Shown here: positions 54,311-64,000 of the stretch, one piece after another
Numbering within the stretch: position 1 is the stretch's first letter
Layout: each line of letters starts with the position of its first letter
NCBI GenBank assembly: GCA_030390025.1
Contig: CM059431.1
Coordinates: 155,560,001-155,624,000, forward strand
Direction of reading: 5' to 3'
Origin: Squalus acanthias
Taxonomy: Eukaryota
DNA length: 64,000 nucleotides
The notes under the pieces: model-generated
Told to the model about the DNA's origin: nothing
Seen by the model: the letters and a program-made list of their open reading frames with translations, nothing else
Databases searched by the model: none
Translations under genes and position numbers: made by a program

Positions 54311-56382
54311 CAGTTGTTTAATGGTTCACCGCCATTCACGACTGGATGTGGCAGGACTGCAGAGCTTTGATATAATTGGGTGATTGTGGGATCACTTAGC
54401 CCTGTCTTAAGCAAACTGCGTCCGCTGTTTTTCATGCATGTAGTCCTGTGTTGCAGCTTGCCCAGTTTGGCACCTCATTTTTAGGTACGCCTTCTGCGGC
54501 TCCCGGCATGCTCTTCTACACTCCTTATTGAACAGGCTTGATGGCAATGGTAGAGTGAGGGATATGACCGGCCATGAGGTTACAGATTGTAGTCGAATGC
54601 AAATCTGCTGCTGCTGATGGCCTCATGGATGCCCAGTTTTGAGCTGCTCGTTCTGTTCTGAATCTATCCCATTTAGCACGGTGGTAGTGCTACACAACAC
54701 GATAGATTATGTCCTCAGTGTGAAGGGGGACTTCCTGTCCACAATGACTGTGCTGCGTTGACTGCTACCAATACTCTAATGGATAGATGCATCTGTGACA
54801 TATAGCTTGTTGAGGACGGGTTCAAGTAGGTTTTTCGCTCGTGTTGGTTCTCTCACCACCTGTCTGGCAGCTATGTCCTTCAAGACTCAGCCAATAGTGG
54901 TGCTTTCGAGCCACTCTTTGTGATAGACATTGACGTCCCCCACCCAGAGTATATTCTGTGCTCTTGTTACTCTCAGTGATGTTCAACATGGAAGAGTACT
55001 GATTCATCAGCTGAGGGAGGGCGGTAGGTGGTAATCAGCAGGAGGTTTTCTTGACCTGAATCCATGAGACTTGGGGTCCGGATTCAGTGTTGAGGACTCC
55101 CAGGACCACTACTTCCCGACTGTGCTGCCTCCCCTGATGGGTCTGTCCTGCCGGTGGGACAGGATGGGTAAGGACGGCAGATTTCCTTCGCTAAAGGACA
55201 TTAATTAATTAAATGATTTTTTACGACAATCCGACAGCTCTATGCTCACTGATATTAGCCTTTTATTTAATTAACTGAATTTAAATTCCTAAGCTCGAAC
55301 TCAAGTCTCTGCATCATTATTCCAGGTTTCTGTTCACTAGTCCAGTAACGTAAACACTATGCTACCGTTTCCGTTATTGGATTATTGGTGAATATCTTAT
55401 ATTTTAGATAATTGGACGCATTCTCAGCAGTAGCACGTGCCATGGCACACAGCAGATCATTGTGTGTACAATTCAACATTTTAATTCTGTACAATTGATC
55501 CGGAGAATACCTGAGAAACACAGGTTCCTGCGATCTATCCTTTGTTAGAAGGGAAAGGGTAATTAATTCCGGAGCAACACATATCAACATCATCTTGGTT
55601 AGACCACATTTGAAGGATGGGGCACATTTCTGGTGCTCATATTATAAGACAAGTGTACAGAGGCAACGGAGGTGGTGAGAGGTTCTACTTCAAAAGAAAA
55701 GGCTGAGGGGTGACCTATTAGAAGTCTTTAAAATTATGAAGGCTTTTATAGGGTAGACATAGCGAGTACGTTTCCACTTGTGGACGAGAAGAAATTTGGG
55801 CATAATAAACATAAAATAGTCATCAATAAATCGAGTACGCAATTCAGGAAGAATGTATTTACCCAAAGGTAGTAAGCACGTGGAACGTGTTCCCCGAAGG
55901 ATTATTCGAGGTGAATGGCAAAGAGGCATTTAAGGGGAAGTTAGATAAGCACATCAGGGAGAAAGGCATAGGATGATATGCTGAGAGAGTTAAATGAAGT
56001 GGGGTAACAGGACGCTCTTGAGGAGCATATGCAACGGCATGGAGCCGTTGTATGGAATTATCTGTGTGTGTGCTGTAAATTCTAATACCTCTATGGAATC
56101 ATTGTCAGTGACAACGGTATTTAACATTATAAAACCCTGTTATAGCACTGTAAATCAACAGCCCATATTGTGTGACGTTTGTAGATTGAGAGCATGTACA
56201 TTGTACAAGTGAACATTATATGCTAATACATTTTGCACTTGTACATTGCGTGCTTGTGTATCGTTGAACTTTACATCGAATGTCTCTGTATTATCCACCT
56301 GTACATTGTGCAGCTATATATCGTGTGTCTCTACATTCTGCAGATATATATTGTGTGCATGTGCATCGTGCTCCTATATATT

Positions 56383-56727
56383 GGGCCTAAATTTGCTGTC
56401 GGAGGCTTCCCGCGGTAGGATGACTTCGACAGGCAAGAAATCTACAAACTTACCTTCTATCTCGGGATCCAGTAATTTTCTAATTATTAAAAAAAAAACT
56501 ATTTTTCCATTTTTTAAAACTCTTACGCTAGTAAAAACAAATAGCGCAACTCTCTACCCGCAGAAGCCTTTTCCACGGGGATGCGGAGGATCTGTGGAGA
56601 AAATTCTTGACAGATCGCAAGTTCCGGGTTTATCGCATGCGCAGCGCATGCCTAAACCGGAAACTTGAGAGTCCCCAACGGGCAGGTACACATCTCTTAC
56701 GCACGTAGGATTCGCAAATTACGGCCC
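56383..56727. mobile_element. MITE, paralog of 43275-43617
   Basis: TIRs GGGCCTAAATTTGC / GCAAATTACGGCCC. Confidence 0.82.
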
Positions 56728-56907
56728 AATGTGTGCTTGTACATTGAGCGTCCGCACATTGTGCACTCGTCCATTGTGCACCTGCACATTGTACCCTTGC
56801 ACACTGTATGGCTGTACGTTATGCATTTGTACATTTTGTGCTTGTGCATTGTGCGGCTGCACAGTGTGTGCTCAATAATTGTGCACCTATAAAGCAGCAA
56901 CAACCTG

Positions 56908-57707
56908 GGAGTTTTTTTGGCAGCAGAGTAATAACAGGCGCTAAATGGGTACTTTGCTAATAAGAAACGCCTGTTTGAAAATCTGGATTTAGCTCGCTAT
57001 TTTCGGATTAGTTCTTGATTCTCATGATTGGAACGTGCCTGCAGGCGCTGAAACCGAAATCATCGGTTTAGCACTCCAGTGCTGATTAGATGCAATTTTC
57101 CGCCAGCTGTGTATGTAGCCTGCACTCATCTACTTCCGCTGAAGGTGTGGATTGCGATGGCTGTGAGTGGGAGGCTTTGACAAGGAGCAAAAGATAGGGT
57201 GCCCAGCTTCTCCGGTGTGGCATACGTGGTCCTGGCGAATGAAGTAGGGAGAAGAGGAGTGATGTCCTCTATTTGCAGTGGGAAGGAGGCCACAGAGGCT
57301 GATGCACCGCATGTGGGAAGAGATCGCACGTGAGTTAACAGCAGGATGCCTGGACACAGGACATGGCTCCAGTGCCTCAATAAATTTAATGACTTGACCC
57401 ATGTGGTGAAAGTAAGATCCCATCTCACAAACACACTTCTCAATAACAGCAGCATCACAACCAGAACACGCTTCATCCAGCATTTAAGTCTGCACTGACA
57501 TTCACACAACAAACACTGTTGCATCCTTCACCGGCGCTACTCATACCTCAGACACATCTCAAATCTCTTCAGCAATGTGAGGCATCACACACACAAAATT
57601 ACACCTGCCAATGCACTCATTCAGAATCAAACTCTTTGTCTACATGACCCCATCTTGGCCACCTCTTTACCTCTTTAGCGCCTAAAGTATGTGGCCAAAA
57701 TAGCCCC
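56908..57707 (+). mobile_element. Harbinger deletion derivative, paralog of 43782-44565
   Basis: Same TIRs, flanked by CTG and CAG; Myb/SANT-like remnant MWEEIAR..RTWLQCLNKFNDL. Confidence 0.8.
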
Positions 57708-58723
57708 CAGGTCTTTAGCTGCAATGCCGGTTTAGCCCTTGTTCAAGCGCAAAACGCGATCAGCAGAAATGGGTTATTGCAGGCTACATATACAGCTCCA
57801 CGAAAATTGCATCTATGCAGCACTTGCCAAAACGGTAGGTTTCTAGTTAGCGCCTGCAGGCAAGTGCAAATCATGGCACTCATTAATTAGACAGAAAATT
57901 GCGTGCTCAGTTAGAACGTTCAAATATTAATTTCTTATTACTACAGCCCCCACTTAGCACCAGTTTTCATCCGTTGGTTAAAATGACCCTCATTATGCCT
58001 TTACTATTTAGGCAAATATGCGACAGCCACGATCATGTCTGATTTCTCAGGAACATCTTGTATTTCTAAGCCATTAAATCCAACGTTATATGACCGTCCG
58101 GATCATTTATAATTTAATTTACTGGACAAATGTAGCTATGTTATCCAGCTTACTCGATACATCAAACAATCTTTGGGCACTGCTCGTTATAAATTCGGTT
58201 TGTCTGGAGCTATACTGCTTAAATTCAAATTCATCCTCAGTTCCACTTATCACTGATCCACTTGCTCACGGACCCCTTATGACAAATTGACCATATGTTA
58301 AATTCTCCTACACATTTACAAATTCCTCTACGATCTCGTCCAAGTTATCTATGCAGCCTTCTTCACATCTCCTCTGTTACACAACTATTCCCTCGATGTG
58401 GTCCCCAGTATATCTCTTCTTCTGTTGCGGACTCCGGGCAAAGACTCCCATCACATTGGCTGAAACTCCGTTCCTATGGTCCTTTGTCTCTCTACTTCTT
58501 ACTCACTGTAAACATTCTGCGAATGTTGTAAGGCCTGGGTCCTTCCTTAATATACCAAAAAGAGACAGTGTTAATTGTTAATTCATCATCTGTAAGGCGC
58601 CACTGGCCGTTTCAATGCTTGGCTGGCTTTAAAGAATCTTCGTTGCTATAGCAATTGGTTCAGATTATTCACTGTTTCGTAGCGGGCACAGTATTTATTA
58701 TGTTCTCATTTACACCTTGACAG

Positions 58724-58893
58724 AAAATGCAGATACTAAAATCTTACTAATGTTGCGGAGCTGCACGGATATCCAGCTGGACAGAATTATCGTTTGCTAC
58801 CGTCAGAGACTAGAAGAGTCAATTGAATAATTCGTGGAGGCTGTTAGTCAGTCGCTTTTAGATGCAAACGTGTTTTCTGAATCAGATCATAAG
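58724..58893 (+). pseudogene. Exon a2 (170 nt): paralog of exon a1 with a premature stop
   Basis: Splice sites intact (ttgacag|, AAG|gtatgc). Reads NADTKILLMLRSCTDIQLDRIIVCYRQRLEESIE*FVEAVSQSLLDANVFSESDHK; TAA at 58828-58830 replaces AAA. Confidence 0.8.
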
Positions 58894-61800
58894 GTATGCT
58901 ACATACATGGTGGAATTGTAAAATATTAAATGATTTATACAGTTGACTGTTTAGATTGGCTGTATTCGGTGCAACCCAACCATAGAAACAATAATCTAAG
59001 ATGTACTGGCTTAACTTCAATAGGGACGTGAAATTGCATCCGTTGTCAATTTAAACAATATTTGAAGTGCTCTTCTGAGATATTTTTCTGGAAAATTAAC
59101 TGTTCTGTAATTTTGAATGAGTGCATAGAATAATAAGGGAACAGCATCTCATGGTACATCCATTAGTTCCTTATGGCAGCGTCATTCGCCCAACACCAGT
59201 TAGCTTTTTATCCCAAATTGACAATCAACGAAAAATCGCTCACAAGTTCAGAAATGGGGCTGTTCCCTGATGATTTCACAATGTTCAGCACTACTGGCAA
59301 ATCCCAGATATTGAAGCAGTCCATGCACACTTGAAGCAAGACCTGGGCAACATGAAGGTTTGAGCGGATAATTGGCAAGTATCATTCGCGTTGCACAAGT
59401 GCCAGGCAATGACCATCTGAAACAGAAAAGACTTGTCGCAGCCGCTTGGCATTTAATGACATTACCATGGGTGAACCTGCCACCAGACAAATATTAGGTG
59501 TCACAATAAAACCCGTACTGAAAATTCACTGCCAAATGGTCGTTTTTCAGCAGGGATTGGGTTTACTCCAGCTTCTGAAAGCGGACATAGATTGCATCAT
59601 ATCAATTGAGCAATTATTCTAAATTCCAGGATTGAACACGCCAAGACGCCTCGAAATGAATAATTTAGTAAGACACTACTAGCACCGAAAGCATCCCGTC
59701 TCCTCAGCTAAACCCCAGTGGAAAACCTGGAGCTATATAAACCTTGCAATAGCAAAATATTTTTAATTTCACTTGAAGCAATTAACTGACGTTAAGAAGC
59801 TATGCTTTTGGAATTTCTCCGCGTTCAATGGCCGAGAGTTCCGTCCATTCTCCATTAAAGCAGCCCTGTGTTTCCCGTAAACCATTCGATTGTTGTGAGC
59901 CATTGCCGGTCGTCCGGATTTCTAGAATGTTCTACAGAACTTATGCAAGCCGTTGTTTCCATTACTCTGCCTCTTTCTGCCTTTCAAACAGGTTCCCTGT
60001 ACAGTTTTTAAACCTAACTAAACATGTTCTTCATTTGCCACCTTACACAATTTGCATTGTCTCACGTATCAGCCAGCAGTCGCCAAATTCATCCAGTCTA
60101 TGGGATATCCAACCTACTGCCTTCAGTGCATGCCCGATCAGGTCACGACACTTATTGGCACAATGCTCGGTGAAATCACCGATACCGGGCTCTCCTCAGG
60201 TATCATCTTTTAATAAAAAAAACTGCAATAATGAACCATTTGTTAAAAAAATCTCAGGAATAATTTGTGGTGTCCATACGCTCCCTTTTCCCAATAACTC
60301 CTACAGTTATATAACAAATTATTGGGGATGAAGCTGTTTAGCTTAAGGCACAGATTGTCTAAAGATATGATAATAATACATTGACAGCTACGTTGCTTAT
60401 ATAAGTCCTGGTTTGAGAGCTAAGATGTTTGTTGCCAAACATTAATGGTTAATTGAATTTAAAACAAAAAATGGGAGGTATTATTAAAAGATTCAACGGC
60501 AGCACGGAACTCAGGACCGATATGAGGTATGATTCACAATAGCAATCTATACGGTTGGGGTTACAGCAAAATAAAGGAACTCTTTCTCTTTGTGAGCTCA
60601 TTATCTGGAAACAAATAGGGTGAAGGGATAGAAAAGTTATTTAGATACATTTTAAATAATGCAGCAATAGCAATAACGGAGTGATCGGTGATTTAAAATA
60701 TCCAAAGAATTGAAGCAACGTAAGTGGGGAAGGGAGGCCAAAGTGCCTGCAGCGTGTCCAGGACATTATACAGATGGATACTGTTTAAGAACAACAAGGA
60801 AGGAATCAGTATTGGACATATTTCTAGAATGTGGAGGGGCTAGTAGTTCTGGTAAGGTTAGTGAAACTTTTAGGAAAGAATTATATCGTTAGGTTATTCT
60901 GAATTGTAAGAGGGAACGTGGCAATGAAAGCAATATATATTTTTCTGGAATAACTCTATCTTCAACGAGAGTAAACAACTAGAAATTATATATTGGGAAA
61001 TGGCCAGAGTAAGCCGCGGGGAAGCAATCGGTCGCTTCCAATGAGTAGAAGATTCCCACAGAAGGTGTGCAAATTACACAAGAATAAAAGAGGTGCAGCA
61101 CAAACTAGAATTGCTTGGACGTGCAAATAAAATGAACTAAACATGAGATTGTAAAACAAATCTAGGGTTGTAGGGCTGATTATATACAACAAGACACGGA
61201 AACATATAGAATATAAAACAGAAGTTCAAAATTAAGAAATGAATGAATGGCAGGTGACTGTATTAGAGACAATTATTACACTACATAGGTATTAAAAGTG
61301 AAATAGATACACAAAGGACAGAGCTCCTCAGTGATTTAAAAGACATGGTTCATAGAGAGCATGAAGGAGTGACTGAAAAGCTTATGCTACTGTTTCGATT
61401 AATGAAAGGCATACTTGGAAAGAATGAAAGTCTCATTGAAGTAAAAAGAATGAAAATCGGGCGCGGCATAAAGCGGACCGCCGTTTCACTCAAGTTCGCG
61501 CTACTGATCAACACTAATTTCACCTAGATATTTATGGTTTTCAATTTGCGCAATTAGATTTTCTGAAAACAGATTGTGAACTTTAATAATATTACTATTA
61601 TTGCAAACAATAATGCTTGGTTCGGTCGAATACTATTGCTGCAAATGTAACTTTCCCCTTTTATTCAGCACTTTATCCTTTTCCATCTAGCAGCTGAGAA
61701 AATACAGTTTTCCTGGATGACTGAACGCTGCTCCTCTCTATTTTTGCAACTTCTTCCAGCCCTATAACCCTCCCTGATCTCTGCTCTAATCCAATTCTGA

Positions 61801-62080
61801 CCCTTTGCTCAACCTCGATTATCCTTGTCCCACCATTGGCGGCAATGACCCCAGCTGCCGCGATCCTAATTTCTGAAATTCCTTCGCTAATCCTCTCCGG
61901 ATCCCGACCACTTACTCCTCGTTTAAGACGCTCCTTAAAAATTACCTCTTTGATCAAACTTATACTTTCCCGATTGTGAGCTTTTCTGTTCATTCATCTC
62001 ATAAAGAGAGCGAAAAAGAGAAAAGTCGCTTCTCAGCTGATTATGTACATTAATTGGCTCAATATGATTTCATTTTTTAG

Positions 62081-62279
62081 AGAATCAGAACCCTAAGTGA
62101 AAGTCACCGCAGAAGCGATGCTTCCAGAATCCTTTTCGATACCGTGCTGGAAAAGGGAGCTCGGGCAGAAAGAACAATCTGGAACATATTTCTTCAACTG
62201 CAGAACACAAAACCACAGCTGAAAGCGACATTTTCAGAGATACAGGGCAGAGTTACAGAGGGAGAAAGTCATTTGGAAG
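62081..62279 (+). CDS. Exon b2 (199 nt): open paralog of exon b1
   Basis: cattttttag| ... GAAG|gtaggt. Reads RIRTLSESHRRSDASRILFDTVLEKGARAERTIWNIFLQLQNTKPQLKATFSEIQGRVTEGESHLE. Whether it is translated depends on the upstream stop. Confidence 0.7.
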
Positions 62280-62840
62280 GTAGGTGTTATGCAAATGTAA
62301 CTTGCAAAAAAGATTGTGTTTACACTCAGAGTAATAAAGTTTATTATTCATGGCAATGACCTTATTTTAAGTTATATTCTGTGAGGAAGAAATTCTATAT
62401 GCGCTGGGAAATATATTAGGCATGATCGCATTTGTCGACAGTTACAACAAACGCCGGACTTTCAGTTCAATTCAAGGTTATTCGGACGCAGTGTACAATA
62501 GGCGATCGATGCGAAAGCGCCTTTGTTATGTCTGCGCGAAAAACCAGCGGTATCGCATCTGCTGCTCGTTATGCGGTCGGTCCATGTTGCCCTTTATTGA
62601 CTTCAATAGAACTGAATATCGGGCGATTTGAATTTGGTGTGGTTTGTGTTCTGCTCTGGTCCAATAATGGGTTCACTTTTTTGAAGCCGAGGTTTTAACT
62701 TGCGCATTACTGTTTCTCGTGGGTGTCAGAAAGCTCCACCGAATTATAAAAATAAGAAATTACCATATTTGGGAATGCAGTGGAGCTTTCTTACCCTCAT
62801 GAGAATCAGTAATGCGCATGTTGAAACCTCCTCTTCTAAT

Positions 62841-63601
62841 GGCCAAAAATTCGGCCCTTCCCGGGTGAATCCACAGTGCGGACTCACCCGTAAGACGTCC
62901 CGAAGTGCCGGTTTCCTGCATGCACTGCGCATGAGCGGGAAACCGGAACTTCCGGTCTGGTGAAGTGGGCGTTTCTTAGGTGAACCGCGTGCGCGGTAGA
63001 GGCTGCGTGCAGGCAGCAAACTTAGATTTTTTTTCAGGTTTCTGCGGGAGTTTAAGAAGTGAAGAAACTACGCTTATGAAAAGGAGGCGCAAGACCCGTT
63101 TTCAACAAGGTAAGTGGTTAATTATGTATAATTTAAAAATTGTTTCAACAGGTTTATCTTTTTTTGATACTTTACGGAAAGGTAAGTTTATTTTTATCAC
63201 TTTTAAAAAGTATTTAAATTTTTTCAAAAATGTAATTTTTTTCTTTAAAGTGGTTAATTTATTTAATTATAGTTATTTTATAAATGTGATTTTTTTTAAA
63301 ATTTATTTTAAGTTTAGCTGATCTTTGGGGGCCGATTTAAATTCACAGATTTGACAGGTCTCCTGTCAAATCTATGAATGAAAGATGGTCTGCTGCCATT
63401 GGCTCTCCATGGCCCACGTGATCCCAGGGGATGCTTCGCACTAACTGCGCCCCTGGGACACGCACGCACTGCACGCCGGCAGTTGGGAGAGGCCAAGGAG
63501 CTGAAGTTCCCGTGGGCCCAAAACACAATGGCAGGCGCGGTAGGTGAGTGCGTGCGTGATCCTTACCCCCGCGGCAAGCCGGAGAGACAAATTTCTGGGC
63601 C
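62841..63601 (-). mobile_element. MITE related to family X, opposite orientation
   Basis: Ends GGCCAAAAATT / AATTTCTGGGCC. The AT-rich core at ~63130-63320 is the reverse complement of ~42490-42700. Confidence 0.85.
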
Positions 63602-64000
63602 TATATATATATATATGCCTTTATCTTAATGCATATATCTATCTTTCTGTATATATATACATATATGTGTGGTTTTGTGTATATCTGGCAGGATGCTGAT
63701 ACCTTGAACACTGTGCTCAACTGGCAGCATCCTGTTACAGTTTGAAATATCATACATACCTAGCCAAGTCGCGATATACTTCAAAACCCATACACATCAG
63801 GCAACACTGTGAAAACACATGCTAACAGGATTCTGATAAACAGTGCATCCACGTACACATCAGGAGGGTTCCTGATAGGCTATGAAAGACTGCACACATC
63901 TGCCCGAATGCTGCTACACTAACTCTCCGATATTTATCTGGCAGGATACCTGTATAGTTTATCCTCATACACACCTGGCAGTTCTCCAATACACAATGAC

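Larger units (their letters stand above)
54315..64000. repeat. Large segmental duplication, copy B (extends past the window end)
   Basis: Colinear with copy A, including repeats, introns and both exons. Confidence 0.93.

Noticed and set aside
1..64000. NACHT, LRR or caspase exons expected alongside CARD-like modules
   Set aside because: No long non-transposon ORF, Walker A motif or LRR pattern found, so the full gene identity cannot be assigned from this window.

Overview
Eukaryotic, repeat-dominated genomic DNA. The mix of CR1, Penelope, RTE, L2 and PIF/Harbinger-group repeats suggests a cartilaginous fish (inference). Nearly all ORFs in the track are transposon fragments or noise. The clearest host-gene signal is a + strand pair of exons (170 nt + 199 nt, phase 1-0-1) encoding a ~123-aa helical CARD-like (death-fold) module, resembling N-terminal domains of chondrichthyan NLR-like proteins. 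It occurs twice within a ~13-15 kb tandem segmental duplication (45578-49191 and 58724-62279), and the second copy has an in-frame TAA. No NACHT or LRR exon is visible. A separate ~4.8 kb-period duplication at the window start carries a candidate 60-nt mini-exon. Other features: a young Penelope insertion with a 12-bp TSD and a minimal hammerhead ribozyme, a near full-length CR1 nested in another CR1, Harbinger-type derivatives and MITEs, and two minisatellites. All alignments and counts were made by eye, and repeat boundaries are approximate unless a TSD or TIR is quoted.
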